A stretch of DNA of 64,000 nt from Betaproteobacteria bacterium (GTDB lineage: Bacteria > Pseudomonadota > Gammaproteobacteria > Burkholderiales > Casimicrobiaceae): contig JANMBN010000052.1 of NCBI GenBank assembly GCA_031360485.1, forward strand, positions 14,087 to 78,086, written 5' to 3'. The translations under genes were made by a program, and so were the position numbers. This document shows, piece after piece, positions 42,295-51,853 of this stretch. The notes under the pieces were generated by a model. That model saw only the letters and a program-made list of their open reading frames with translations. It had not been told where the DNA came from and ran no database searches. Numbering within the stretch: position 1 is the first letter of the stretch; each line of letters opens with the position of its first letter.

Positions 42295-43596
42295 TCACTT
42301 GTACGAGCGCAACAACCGCTCGGCCTCGCGCTGCGCATCCTTCATCGCCTGCTCCGGCGTCTTCGTTCCAGTGAGCGCCGCCTGCAATCCGTCGTTCAGC
42401 GCCTTGGTCACACGCTGATTGTCATGGGTCGACAGCTCAGCTTTCGCGAACGGCAACTGGTCGCGCGCCACGGCCGCCGCAGGGAATCCCGCCACGTACT
42501 GCTTCATCGCCGGCGTCTCCCAGGCATCGGCCCGCACCGCGACGTAGCCGGTGTCGATACCCCATTGCGCTGCGCGTTCCGGTGCCGTGATCCATTTGAC
42601 GAATCTGAAAGCGGCCTGCTGCTGCGCCGGCGTGCTCTTCTTGAACAGATAGAAGTTGCCGCCGCCCGTCGGACTGCCGCGCTGCTTGCCTGCCGGCAGC
42701 ATCGCGACGCCGAAGTCGAACTTGGCGTTTTCCTTGACGTTGGTGAGGTTGCCGGTCGTCGTCCACATCATCGCCATCTTCTTCTCGAAGAAGTCCTTCG
42801 GCGTCGTGCCCCATTCGACGATGCCCTCCGGGTGCACCTTGAGCTTGCGCACGAGGTCGACCCAGTAGGCCAGTGCCTCGATCACCTCGGGCCTGTCGTA
42901 ATAGGTTTCGGTGCCGGCAGCGTTCATCAGGTTGACCCCGTTCTGGATCGCGAACGCCTGGAACAGCCAATAGGGGAAGCCCGACGACGGTATCTGGAGG
43001 CCCCACTGCGTGACCTTTCCCGAAGCGTCGCGCTTCGTGAGCTTCTGCGCATACTCGGCCATCTCCTTCCAGTTCGCCGGCGCGCGATTCGGATCGAGGC
43101 CCGCCTCCTTGAACATCTCGCGGTTCCAGTAGAGCACGATCGTCGAGCGCTGGAACGGGATGCCCCACGTCTTGCCTCCGGTCTGGCTGTTCTCCATGAA
43201 CGCCGGATAGAAGCTCTTGAGCCACGCCTGATCCTCGGGCGTCTTGACCAGATTGTCGAACGGAACGATCGCGTCCTCGTCGATCAGCGTGTACATGTCG
43301 GTCGACAGCAGGATCGACGTCACCGGCGGCTCGCCGCTCTTCACCGCGGTGAGCGCCTTGGTGATCGTGTCCTGGTACGTTCCGGAGTAGATCGGCTTGA
43401 CCTTGATTCCCGGATTCTCCTTCTCGAAGTCCGCGGCGAAACCGTCGATGATCTTCGGAATCTTTCCGCCGACCGCGATCGGGTAGTAGAACGAGATCTC
43501 GACGGGCGTCTGCGCTTGAGCGGATGCCGGCAGCGTCGTCGATGCGATCGCGGCGACGAGAACGGTCATCACACGCCGGATGGTCTGGTGCAACAT
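42295..43596 (-). CDS. ABC transporter periplasmic solute-binding protein (family 1, UgpB-like)
   Basis: Signal peptide MLHQTIRRVMTVLVAAIASTTLPASAQA. 433 aa. GGGGAGGAAG RBS. Confidence 0.85.
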   Translation of the reverse strand: MLHQTIRRVMTVLVAAIASTTLPASAQAQTPVEISFYYPIAVGGKIPKIIDGFAADFEKENPGIKVKPIYSGTYQDTITKALTAVKSGEPPVTSILLSTDMYTLIDEDAIVPFDNLVKTPEDQAWLKSFYPAFMENSQTGGKTWGIPFQRSTIVLYWNREMFKEAGLDPNRAPANWKEMAEYAQKLTKRDASGKVTQWGLQIPSSGFPYWLFQAFAIQNGVNLMNAAGTETYYDRPEVIEALAYWVDLVRKLKVHPEGIVEWGTTPKDFFEKKMAMMWTTTGNLTNVKENAKFDFGVAMLPAGKQRGSPTGGGNFYLFKKSTPAQQQAAFRFVKWITAPERAAQWGIDTGYVAVRADAWETPAMKQYVAGFPAAAVARDQLPFAKAELSTHDNQRVTKALNDGLQAALTGTKTPEQAMKDAQREAERLLRSYK

Positions 43597-43624
43597 GGCT
43601 TCCTCCCCAGGTGAATCGGAATTC

Positions 43625-44716
43625 CTACGCGAACATGGTCACGGATTTTTCGTCGGCGGCATCGGCGCGGCGCGTTCCATCGGGTTCGAACAGGTGCTGC
43701 GCGCCGGCCGCCCACGATAGCCGCACCGGATCGCTTCGCGCAAGTCCGACGCTGCCGGGGACGCGGACGGCGAGCGTCGTCGATCCCAGCCGGCACGTGA
43801 CCAGCGAATCCGCGCCCAGATACTCGATCGCCGCGACCTCGGCGGGGACGCCGCGCTCCAATCCGAGAACGATGTGTTCGGGCCGCAAGCCGAGCGTGAG
43901 ACCCGCGCAATCGGCCGGCGCCACCGCCGGTCCGCCGGTACCTGCGATCGCGGCGCCGCCGCTTCCGCGCTCGAGCGGCAGCAGGTTCATCGGTGGCGTG
44001 CCGATGAAGCGCGCGACGAAGGTGTTGGCCGGCCGCTCGTAGAGCTCCGCCGGCGTCGCGTTCTGTTCGATCCTGCCGTTGTTGAGCAGCACGACGCGGT
44101 CCGCCATCGACAGCGCCTCGACCTGATCGTGCGTGACGTAGACCATCGTGATCCCGAGCTGCCGCTGCAGATGGCGGATCTCGGCGCGCATGTCCTGGCG
44201 GAGCTGCGCATCGAGATTCGACAACGGCTCGTCCATCAGGCACACCGGCGCCTCGGCGATGATCGCGCGGCCCAGCGCGACGCGCTGCTGCTGGCCGCCG
44301 GAGAGCTGCGACGGCTTGCGCTCCAGGAGCTCGCCGAGTCCGAGCAGCTTGGCGACTCGTTCGAGCCGTCGCGCCACGTCGGACGGCGCGACCTTGCGCA
44401 CCTTGAGTCCGAATACGATGTTCTCGGAGACCGGGAGGTGCGGAAACAGCGCGTAGCTTTGAAACACCATCGCGATATTGCGCTGCGACGGCGGGAGCCC
44501 CGTCACGTCGCGGCCGCCGATCAGGATGCGCCCGCCGTCGGCCGGCTCGAGACCGGCGATGAGGCGCAGCGTCGTCGACTTGCCGCAGCCGGAGGGGCCG
44601 AGCAGGACGTTGAACGTCCCCTGGTCGAACGCGAACGAGAGTCCATCGACCGCGCGAATTGCGCCGTCGGCCGTCCGCCAGTGCTTGCTGACGTTTTCGG
44701 CGGCAATGGCCGACAT
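43625..44716 (-). CDS. ABC transporter ATP-binding protein (UgpC/MalK-like)
   Basis: Walker A GPSGCGKST, signature LSGGQQQRV and Walker B CLMDEPLSNLD, with a C-terminal regulatory domain. Starts 2 nt after the trpC stop. Confidence 0.9.
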   Translation of the reverse strand: MSAIAAENVSKHWRTADGAIRAVDGLSFAFDQGTFNVLLGPSGCGKSTTLRLIAGLEPADGGRILIGGRDVTGLPPSQRNIAMVFQSYALFPHLPVSENIVFGLKVRKVAPSDVARRLERVAKLLGLGELLERKPSQLSGGQQQRVALGRAIIAEAPVCLMDEPLSNLDAQLRQDMRAEIRHLQRQLGITMVYVTHDQVEALSMADRVVLLNNGRIEQNATPAELYERPANTFVARFIGTPPMNLLPLERGSGGAAIAGTGGPAVAPADCAGLTLGLRPEHIVLGLERGVPAEVAAIEYLGADSLVTCRLGSTTLAVRVPGSVGLARSDPVRLSWAAGAQHLFEPDGTRRADAADEKSVTMFA

Positions 44717-44718
44717 GG

Positions 44719-45513
44719 TCAGGCGAACAACGCCGCGAGCGCGGCGCCGGGATCGGCGGCGCGCATGAACGCCTCGCCGACGAGAAACGCGTGCACCCCG
44801 CGCGAGCGCAGCGTCGCCACGTCGCCCGGCGCGAGAATTCCACTCTCCGTCACGACGAGCTTCCCGGCCGGCATGCGCGGCAGGAGATCGAGCGTTGTCG
44901 CGAGCGACACTTCGAACGTGCGCAGATTGCGGTTGTTGATGCCGACGAGCGGCGTGGCCAGCCGCAGCGCACGCTCGAGCTCCTCCGCGTCGTGGACCTC
45001 GACCAGCACGGCCATCCCGAAATCGCGCGCGCACGCGGCGAGGGCGGCAAGCCGCGCGTCGTCGAGCGCCGCGACGATCAGCAGGATCGCGTCGGCGGAG
45101 AGAGCGCGCGCTTCCGCGACCTGATATTCGTCGATGAGGAAATCCTTGCGCAGCGCCGGCAACGTGCACGCGGCCCGCGCGGCCGTCAGGTACTCCGGTG
45201 CGCCCTGGAAATACGGGCGGTCGGTGAGGACCGACAGGCACGCCGCGCCGCCGGCCTCGTAGCTCGCCGCGATTGCCGGCGGATCGAAATCGGCGCGCAG
45301 CAAGCCGCGGCTGGGGCTCGCCTTCTTGACCTCCGCGATCACGGCCGGACGCCCCGCCGCGATCTTCGCGCGCAATGCGCCCTCGAAATCGCGCGGCGGA
45401 GGCATGGCCCTCGCGGCGGCCTCGATTGCAGCCGGTGATCGCGCGCGTTTCGCCGCGGCGATCTCGTCGGCCTTGGTCGCGAGGATCCGCGCAAGGATGT
45501 CGGGCGCCGTCAT
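44719..45513 (-). CDS. trpC: indole-3-glycerol-phosphate synthase
   Basis: [18 protein letters not shown] and [10 protein letters not shown] motifs. Confidence 0.9.
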   Translation of the reverse strand: MTAPDILARILATKADEIAAAKRARSPAAIEAAARAMPPPRDFEGALRAKIAAGRPAVIAEVKKASPSRGLLRADFDPPAIAASYEAGGAACLSVLTDRPYFQGAPEYLTAARAACTLPALRKDFLIDEYQVAEARALSADAILLIVAALDDARLAALAACARDFGMAVLVEVHDAEELERALRLATPLVGINNRNLRTFEVSLATTLDLLPRMPAGKLVVTESGILAPGDVATLRSRGVHAFLVGEAFMRAADPGAALAALFA

Positions 45514-45523
45514 CCGCGGTCCC

Positions 45524-45612
45524 GCCGGCTGAAGCCGGCCCCACGGGTTGCGGCATGCCGCCTCGAGCCGGCACCTTGCGGAGATTTCACCGTGGGGCCG
45601 GCTTCAGCCGGC
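45524..45612. repeat. REP/MITE-like element, copy C: perfect 22-bp inverted repeats separated by 45 nt
   Basis: GCCGGCTGAAGCCGGCCCCACG (45524..45545) is the exact reverse complement of CGTGGGGCCGGCTTCAGCCGGC (45591..45612). The left arm ends 10 nt upstream of the trpC start. Confidence 0.8.
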
Positions 45613-45664
45613 GGGTGGCGACCCGCAGGGCAAGCTTCAACCTGACGCGGCGCCGCCACGCGGC

Positions 45665-46702
45665 TCACGTCGCGCTGCCGAGCTTCTGCGTCAGCGCGAC
45701 GAATTCTCCGAGCTTCTTCCGCGCGGCGCCCGAGGCGACCGCCGCCCGCGCCCGCTCGATGCCTTCGCCGATCGACGTCGCAACGTCGGCCGCGTAGAGC
45801 GCCGCTCCCGCATTCAGGATGACGATCTCGCGCGGCGTGCCCTCCGTGTTGCCGAGCGCCTCCAGCACCATCTCCTTCGACTCGGCCGCGCCGGAAACCT
45901 TGAGCCCGCGATTCGAAATCATCCTGAGGCCGAAATCCTCGGGATGGATCTCGTACTCGCGGACCTCGCCATCCTTCAATTCACCGACCATCGTCGCGGC
46001 GCCCAGCGAGACCTCGTCCATCCCGTCCTTGCCGTAGACGACGAGCACGTGCTTGCTGCCCAGCCGCTGCAGGACGCGCACCTGAATGCCGACGAGATCC
46101 GGATGGAACACGCCGAGGAGCTGGTTCGGCGCCCCCGCCGGGTTGGTGAGCGGGCCGAGGATGTTGAAGATCGTGCGCACGCCGAGTTCCTTGCGCACCG
46201 GCGCCGCGTGCTTCATCGCGCTGTGATGCGATGGCGCGAACATGAAGCCGATGCCGCATTCCATGATCGATTGCGCGATCTGTTCGGGCTTCAGCATGAT
46301 GTTGGCGCCGAGCGCTTCTAGCACGTCCGCGCTCCCCGATTTCGAAGACACCGAGCGCCCGCCATGCTTGGCGACGCGCGCTCCCGCCGCTGCCGCGACG
46401 AACATCGATGCCGTCGAAATGTTGAACGTCTGCGACGAATCGCCTCCGGTGCCGACGATGTCGACCAGGTTCTCGCGATCGGGGACGTCGACCCGCGTCG
46501 CGAATTCGCGCATGACATGCGCGGCGGCGGCGATCTCGCCGACCGTTTCCTTCTTGACGCGCAGGCCGACGGTGAGCGCCGCGATCATCACCGGCGTCAA
46601 TTCGCCGCTCATGATCCGGCGCATGATCGACAGCATCTCGTCGGGAAAGATCTCGCGATGCTCGATCGTGCGTTGCAGCGCTTCCTGGGCGGTAATGGGC
46701 AT
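45665..46702 (-). CDS. trpD: anthranilate phosphoribosyltransferase
   Basis: [18 protein letters not shown] and [21 protein letters not shown] motifs. Confidence 0.9.
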   Translation of the reverse strand: MPITAQEALQRTIEHREIFPDEMLSIMRRIMSGELTPVMIAALTVGLRVKKETVGEIAAAAHVMREFATRVDVPDRENLVDIVGTGGDSSQTFNISTASMFVAAAAGARVAKHGGRSVSSKSGSADVLEALGANIMLKPEQIAQSIMECGIGFMFAPSHHSAMKHAAPVRKELGVRTIFNILGPLTNPAGAPNQLLGVFHPDLVGIQVRVLQRLGSKHVLVVYGKDGMDEVSLGAATMVGELKDGEVREYEIHPEDFGLRMISNRGLKVSGAAESKEMVLEALGNTEGTPREIVILNAGAALYAADVATSIGEGIERARAAVASGAARKKLGEFVALTQKLGSAT

Positions 46703-46812
46703 GGCGGCTCCTGTCCTCGTGGGTCAGCGTTGCGGAATCCGGGTCCGCCCGGGGGCGAGCGCGGCGCGGGGGGCCCTCGCGCCGAAGGCGGACGCAAGCG
46801 AGCGCGAGGCGT

Positions 46813-47382
46813 TCATCGCCTGCCCTCGAGGAAGTTCTTGAGCAGCGCGTGGCCGTGCTCGGTCAGGATCGCCTCGGGATGGAATTGCACGCCTTCGACG
46901 GCGAGCTCGCGGTGCCGCACGCCCATCACCTCCCCGTCGTCCGCCGTCGCCGTCACCTCGAGGCAGGCGGGCATCGTCGCCGGCTCGATCGCGAGCGAAT
47001 GGTAGCGCGTGACCGTCACCGGCGACGGCACGCCGGTGAAGACGCCGCGGCCGTCGTGCGCGACGGGCGACAGCTTCCCGTGCATGACCCGCTGCGCGCG
47101 GCCGATGCGGCCGCCAAAGGCCTGGCCGATCGCCTGATGTCCGAGACAGACGCCGAGGATCGGAATCTTCCCGGCGAAGCGCTGGATCAACGGGACGGAT
47201 ATGCCGGCTTCATTCGGCGTGCAGGGTCCCGGCGAGATGACGATCCATTCCGGCTCCCATGCGGCCACCTGCTCCGGCGTGATGGCATCGTTGCGGTGCA
47301 CGTGGACGTCGGCGCCCAGCTCGCCCAGATACTGGACGAGGTTGTAGGTGAAGCTGTCGTAGTTGTCGATCATCAGCAGCAT
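46813..47382 (-). CDS. trpG: anthranilate synthase component II (glutamine amidotransferase)
   Basis: [18 protein letters not shown] start and triad Cys in [12 protein letters not shown]. The start could instead be ATG 47400. Confidence 0.9.
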   Translation of the reverse strand: MLLMIDNYDSFTYNLVQYLGELGADVHVHRNDAITPEQVAAWEPEWIVISPGPCTPNEAGISVPLIQRFAGKIPILGVCLGHQAIGQAFGGRIGRAQRVMHGKLSPVAHDGRGVFTGVPSPVTVTRYHSLAIEPATMPACLEVTATADDGEVMGVRHRELAVEGVQFHPEAILTEHGHALLKNFLEGRR

Positions 47383-47589
47383 GAGCGGGCGGAACACCAT
47401 CCGATCGGTGGCGTGAGACGGGCGCTGGTCGCGCAACAGGCACCCGCTCCCACAAGACGACGGAGTTTACAACCAACCGATCCGCCCCCGCGGGACTTGG
47501 GATCGGGTCGCCGGCGAATGTGCTTCTGGCCCGCTGCGGACGGGTCGGCATAGAATGACGTCGCTTTGCGACATTTCCACAGGCATCCG

Positions 47590-47907
47590 ATGTTGAGAAA
47601 AACGGAATTCTGGATCCTGACCTTGCTGGCCGCGCTCGGACTGCTGCTGGCGGTCGGCAACATGGTCATGTTCGGTCAGAACCGCCAGGCGCAGGCCGAG
47701 GTCAACTCCCGCGCGCAGTACATCCAGCAGAGCGCTCAGCTCGAGCCGTTGTACCGCGAGATCGTCAAAGCGCTGGCGGACCTCTCGGTGCGCAACAACG
47801 ACGGCGAGTTGCGCGAATTGCTGGCGAAGCAGGGGATCACGGTGCCGGCGAATCCGCCGCCGGCGGGCGGCGCGCCCGCGCCGGAACCGAAGAAAGGGGG
47901 GAAGTGA
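47590..47907 (+). CDS. small single-pass membrane protein (paralog 1)
   Basis: MLRKTEFWILTLLAALGLLLAVGNMVMF TM helix, then a soluble tail ending LRELLAKQGITVPANPPPAGG. Coding-like G/C-rich third positions. Confidence 0.5.
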   Translation: MLRKTEFWILTLLAALGLLLAVGNMVMFGQNRQAQAEVNSRAQYIQQSAQLEPLYREIVKALADLSVRNNDGELRELLAKQGITVPANPPPAGGAPAPEPKKGGK

Positions 47908-47908
47908 G

Positions 47909-48310
47909 ATGAGCACCCCCATGCCCGTCGGAGAGGCCGGCCCGGCATCGGCCGCTCCCTTCGGCGAGCGCCGCGACGAATGGCGCCGGCGCGAGCACGG
48001 CGAGCGCGGCTACAGCCCCTTCCTGCCCCTGCTGCTGCTGGCCGTCATCGCCGTGGCCTGGCCGGCGTTCCAGTGCTACCAGCTGGTCAACGAGAAGCAG
48101 GCGCTGGCCACGGTCTTCGGCAATCAGACCCGGCCGTTCGACGATTCCGGGAAACTGCGCACTTCGCTCGAGGGCATCGCCCGCGAGACGGCGCTCCTCG
48201 CGGCCAAGGGCAACCCCAGCGCCAAACTGATCGTGGACCAACTGGCCCGGCGCGGGGTGACAATCAATCCGAGCGCGCAGCCGAGCGCTCCCGCGAAGGC
48301 GGGGAATTAG
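47909..48310 (+). CDS. small single-pass membrane protein (paralog 2)
   Basis: FLPLLLLAVIAVAWPAF TM helix. The tail KLIVDQLARRGVTINPSAQPSA aligns with paralog 1. Starts 1 nt after the paralog 1 stop. Confidence 0.5.
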   Translation: MSTPMPVGEAGPASAAPFGERRDEWRRREHGERGYSPFLPLLLLAVIAVAWPAFQCYQLVNEKQALATVFGNQTRPFDDSGKLRTSLEGIARETALLAAKGNPSAKLIVDQLARRGVTINPSAQPSAPAKAGN

Positions 48311-48362
48311 GCCCGGTTCACACCCTGTCCACCATTGCGAACAGGCGCTGGCGACGGCTTCG

Positions 48363-49841
48363 CTAGGGTTCGGCGTCCAGGCCCTGCTGCACCATGTCGG
48401 CGGCGCGCAGCACCGCACGCGCCTTGTTCTGCGTCTCCGTCCACTCCGATTCGGGCACCGAGTCGTGGACGATGCCCGCGCCCACCTGCGCATAGAGCGT
48501 GCCGTCCTTGATCACGGCCGTTCGGATCGCAATCGCCGTGTCCATGTCGTCCTGGAAGCTGATGTAGCCGACCGCCCCGGCGTAGACGCCCCGGCCGGTC
48601 GGCTCGAGTTCGTCGATGATCTCCATCGCCCGGACCTTCGGCGCGCCGCTGACCGTGCCGGCCGGGAACGCCGCGCGCAGCACGTCGATGCTGGTCAAGC
48701 CGGGCTTCAGCACGCCTTCGACATTGGAAACGATGTGCATCACGTGCGAGTACCGCTCGACCACCATCCGGTCGGTGAGCCGCACGGTGCCGATCTGCGC
48801 GACCCGCCCGACGTCGTTGCGGCCGAGGTCCACGAGCATCACGTGCTCGGCGACTTCCTTGGGATCGGCCAGCAATTCCTGCGCGAGTTTTTCGTCGGCG
48901 TCCCGCGTGGCGCCGCGGGGCCGCGTGCCGGCGATCGGCCGCAGGGTGACGGCGGAGCCTTCCTTGCGCACGAGGATCTCGGGCGAGGCGCCAACCACGT
49001 GAAAATCGCCGAAGTCGTAATAGAACATGTACGGCGACGGATTGAGCGAGCGCAGCGCCCGGTACAGCGAAAGGGGCGACGAGGCGAACGGGCGCCGCAG
49101 CCGCTGCGAGAGCACGACCTGCATCACATCGCCGGCCGCGATGTAGTCCTTGGCGCGCCGCACCGCGCGCTGGAATCCGTCCGCGCCGAATTCGCTTTCG
49201 GCACGCGTGACCGCGGTCGCGGTCTGGAATGGAATCGACACGGGCTCGCGCAGCTTGCGGTGCAGCGCCTGCAGGCGTCCCTTCGCGTGCGCATAGGCAT
49301 CGGCTTCGCCCGGGTCCGCATAGACGATCAGATAGATCTTGCCGGCGAGGTTGTCGACGACGGCGAGCTCCTCGGTGAGGAGCAGCAGGATATCGGGAAC
49401 CTCGGCAAGGCCGGGCGCGGCCGGCGGGGCGCGGCCGGCGAGCTTCGTCTCGACATGGCGCACGGTGTCGTAACCGAAATAGCCGGCGAGTCCGCCGCAG
49501 AAGCGCGGCAGGCCCGGTCGCGGGGCGGCACGGTATCGGCGCATGAACGCGCCGACAAACGCCAGCGGATCGCCGTCGTGGCGCTCGACGACGGTTCCCC
49601 CGTCGTCGACCTCGATCGCGGTTCCGCGCGCGCGAATGCGCACCCTGGCGGGCAGGCCGATGAACGAGTAGCGCCCGAACCGCTCACCGCCCACCACCGA
49701 TTCGAGGAGGAAGGTGTAGCGCTCGTTCGCGAGCTTGACGTACAAGGACAGCGGGGTATCGAGATCCGCGAACGACTCGAGGACGAGCGGAATGCGGTTG
49801 TACCCTTGCGCGGCCAGCGCGCGGAATTCGGCTTCGGTCAT
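48363..49841 (-). CDS. trpE: anthranilate synthase component I
   Basis: [18 protein letters not shown] and the C-terminal chorismate-binding motifs ([28 protein letters not shown]). Confidence 0.9.
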   Translation of the reverse strand: MTEAEFRALAAQGYNRIPLVLESFADLDTPLSLYVKLANERYTFLLESVVGGERFGRYSFIGLPARVRIRARGTAIEVDDGGTVVERHDGDPLAFVGAFMRRYRAAPRPGLPRFCGGLAGYFGYDTVRHVETKLAGRAPPAAPGLAEVPDILLLLTEELAVVDNLAGKIYLIVYADPGEADAYAHAKGRLQALHRKLREPVSIPFQTATAVTRAESEFGADGFQRAVRRAKDYIAAGDVMQVVLSQRLRRPFASSPLSLYRALRSLNPSPYMFYYDFGDFHVVGASPEILVRKEGSAVTLRPIAGTRPRGATRDADEKLAQELLADPKEVAEHVMLVDLGRNDVGRVAQIGTVRLTDRMVVERYSHVMHIVSNVEGVLKPGLTSIDVLRAAFPAGTVSGAPKVRAMEIIDELEPTGRGVYAGAVGYISFQDDMDTAIAIRTAVIKDGTLYAQVGAGIVHDSVPESEWTETQNKARAVLRAADMVQQGLDAEP

Positions 49842-49878
49842 GGTGCTTCGACGAACTCTTCGTCGAAGACGTCGAAGC

Positions 49879-50613
49879 TCATCGAGTGTCGGCGGGTAGG
49901 TAGCGAATGCGGTCGGCGACCGCCGTCAGCGTGGGGACTATACCATCGGCGTCGAGGCTCTGCACCGGCTCGCCCTCGTTGTAGCCATAAGGGACGACGA
50001 ACACCGGGCACCCGGCCGCTCGCGCGGCGAGGACGTCGTTGATCGAATCGCCCACCATCAGCAGGCGGCGGACCGGCACGCGGAGCGCCGCGGCGACGTG
50101 CCAAAGCGGGCCGGGATCCGGCTTCTTCGTCGGAAGATCGTCGCCGCCGACGACGATGCCGAACAGGTGTTCGATCCCGGCCTGGGCGAGATGCGGACGG
50201 ACGAAGCGAGTCGACTTGTTGGTGATGATCGCGAGCGGAATACCCATCGAAGCAAGCCGGGCGAGCCCTTCCGACATGCCCGGAAACGCGAGCGTGCCGC
50301 GGCCGAGTTGCGCGGCATAGTGGGCTTCGTAACGAACGAGCGCATCGCTGACTTTCGCGCCGTCGACCGCCTCCGGGGCAACCCCGGTCGCGCGCGCGAG
50401 CACCCGGCGCACGAGATTCGCCATTCCCTTGCCGATCATCGCGCGGATCGCGTCCTTCGGCAGCGCCGGATGACCGAACTCCGCCAGCAGCGCGTTGACC
50501 GCTGCCGAGAGGTCGTGGATCGTGTCGAGCAGCGTGCCGTCGAGATCGAACGCGATGGCGCTGACGTCGATGAGCCGCGGCCCCCCGTCCACAGGCGGCG
50601 CCAAATCCTTCAC
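49879..50613 (-). CDS. gph: phosphoglycolate phosphatase (HAD family)
   Basis: HAD motifs [14 protein letters not shown] and [19 protein letters not shown] start overlaps the rpe stop (GTGA). Confidence 0.85.
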   Translation of the reverse strand: MKDLAPPVDGGPRLIDVSAIAFDLDGTLLDTIHDLSAAVNALLAEFGHPALPKDAIRAMIGKGMANLVRRVLARATGVAPEAVDGAKVSDALVRYEAHYAAQLGRGTLAFPGMSEGLARLASMGIPLAIITNKSTRFVRPHLAQAGIEHLFGIVVGGDDLPTKKPDPGPLWHVAAALRVPVRRLLMVGDSINDVLAARAAGCPVFVVPYGYNEGEPVQSLDADGIVPTLTAVADRIRYLPADTR

Positions 50614-51290
50614 CGCGCCTTGGCGAGTTCGGCGCGCATCCGGGCGATCGTCGCCGCGTAGTCGGGCGTGCCGAAGATCGCCGAACCCGCGACGAAGGTG
50701 TCGGCACCGGCCTTCGCGATCGCCGCGATGTTGTCGACCTTCACGCCGCCGTCGACTTCGAGCCGGATCCTGCGGCCCGTTCGCTGCTGCGCCGCGTCGA
50801 TGCGCGAGCGCGCGAGCGCGAGCTTGGCGAGCGCCTCGGGAATGAAGGACTGGCCGCCGAAGCCCGGGTTCACCGACATGATCAGCACCAGATCGAGCTT
50901 GTCGATCGTGTGATCGAGCCAGTCGAGCGGAGTCGCCGGATTGAATGCGAGTCCCGCCTTGCAGCCGCTGTCGCGGATGAGGCCGATCGTGCGGTCGACG
51001 TGCTCCGACGCCTCCGGGTGGAAGCTGACGATCGCGGCGCCCGCCGTCGCGAAATCCGGAACGATCCGGTCGACGGGCTTGACCATCAGGTGGACGTCGA
51101 TCGGAACCGTCGCGTGCGGACGCAGCGCCTCGCACACCAGCGGTCCGATCGTGAGATTCGGAACGTAGTGGTTGTCCATCACGTCGAAATGGAGGAAGTC
51201 GGCGCCGGCGGCGATCACCGCGCGCACCTCGTCCCCCAGGCGCGCGAAATCCGCGGACAGCAGCGATGGCGCAATCTTGTCGTCGGTCAT
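50610..51290 (-). CDS. rpe: ribulose-phosphate 3-epimerase
   Basis: [31 protein letters not shown] and [10 protein letters not shown] motifs. Confidence 0.9.
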   Translation of the reverse strand: MTDDKIAPSLLSADFARLGDEVRAVIAAGADFLHFDVMDNHYVPNLTIGPLVCEALRPHATVPIDVHLMVKPVDRIVPDFATAGAAIVSFHPEASEHVDRTIGLIRDSGCKAGLAFNPATPLDWLDHTIDKLDLVLIMSVNPGFGGQSFIPEALAKLALARSRIDAAQQRTGRRIRLEVDGGVKVDNIAAIAKAGADTFVAGSAIFGTPDYAATIARMRAELAKAR

Positions 51291-51335
51291 GGCGTCGGGC
51301 CTGGGTTTATAATCGTTTCAGGAAATTGTTTCGCA

Positions 51336-51725
51336 ATGCCTATGGCCGAAACCCGAAAATACGAGATCACGGTCGCGGTGAAATCGGCGTATCTCGCCGA
51401 CCAATCCGACCCGGCGCGCAACCAATACGTTTTCGCGTATACGATCACGATCACCAACACGGGCGCGGTCGCGGCGCAGCTCATCAGCCGTCACTGGATC
51501 ATCACCGATGCCGAGCACGAGGTCCAGGAAGTGAAAGGGCTGGGCGTCGTCGGCCAGCAGCCGCTGCTCCAGCCCGGCGAGAGTTTCGAGTACACGAGCG
51601 GCACCAGCCTGCCGACCGCAGTCGGCACGATGCGCGGCACCTACCAGATGGTCGCCGGCGACGGCAGGAAGTTCGATGCCGAGATCCCGCTCTTCACGCT
51701 GTCCATGCCGCGCGTGCTCCATTAG
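51336..51725 (+). CDS. apaG: ApaG (DUF525) protein
   Basis: YVFAYTITITNTG...RHWIITDA...VKGLGVVGQQPLLQPGESFEYTSG. TATAAT at 51308..51313 lies upstream. Confidence 0.85.
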   Translation: MPMAETRKYEITVAVKSAYLADQSDPARNQYVFAYTITITNTGAVAAQLISRHWIITDAEHEVQEVKGLGVVGQQPLLQPGESFEYTSGTSLPTAVGTMRGTYQMVAGDGRKFDAEIPLFTLSMPRVLH

Positions 51726-51853
51726 GGCCGCTCGTTGCCGGCGTCGCTCCTGGTTTCACGCGGCGGCTTCTTGCGTTTGAGTCCCATCGTCCACCAGACG
51801 ATGCCGACGGCGAGCAGAAGCGCGACCAATGCCTCCAGCAGAAACCATTCCAT
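51722..51853 (-). CDS. possible 43-aa membrane peptide (tentative)
   Basis: MEWFLLEALVALLLAVGIVWWTMGLKRKKPPRETRSDAGNERP is a TM helix plus a basic tail. GAGGGAG lies 10 nt upstream. It conflicts with the annotated mltA 5' end. Confidence 0.3.
   Translation of the reverse strand: MEWFLLEALVALLLAVGIVWWTMGLKRKKPPRETRSDAGNERP

Noticed and set aside
49842-49878. trp leader peptide or attenuator upstream of trpE
   Set aside because: Only 37 nt separate the gph stop from the trpE start. There is no room for a Trp-codon leader ORF or alternative hairpins.
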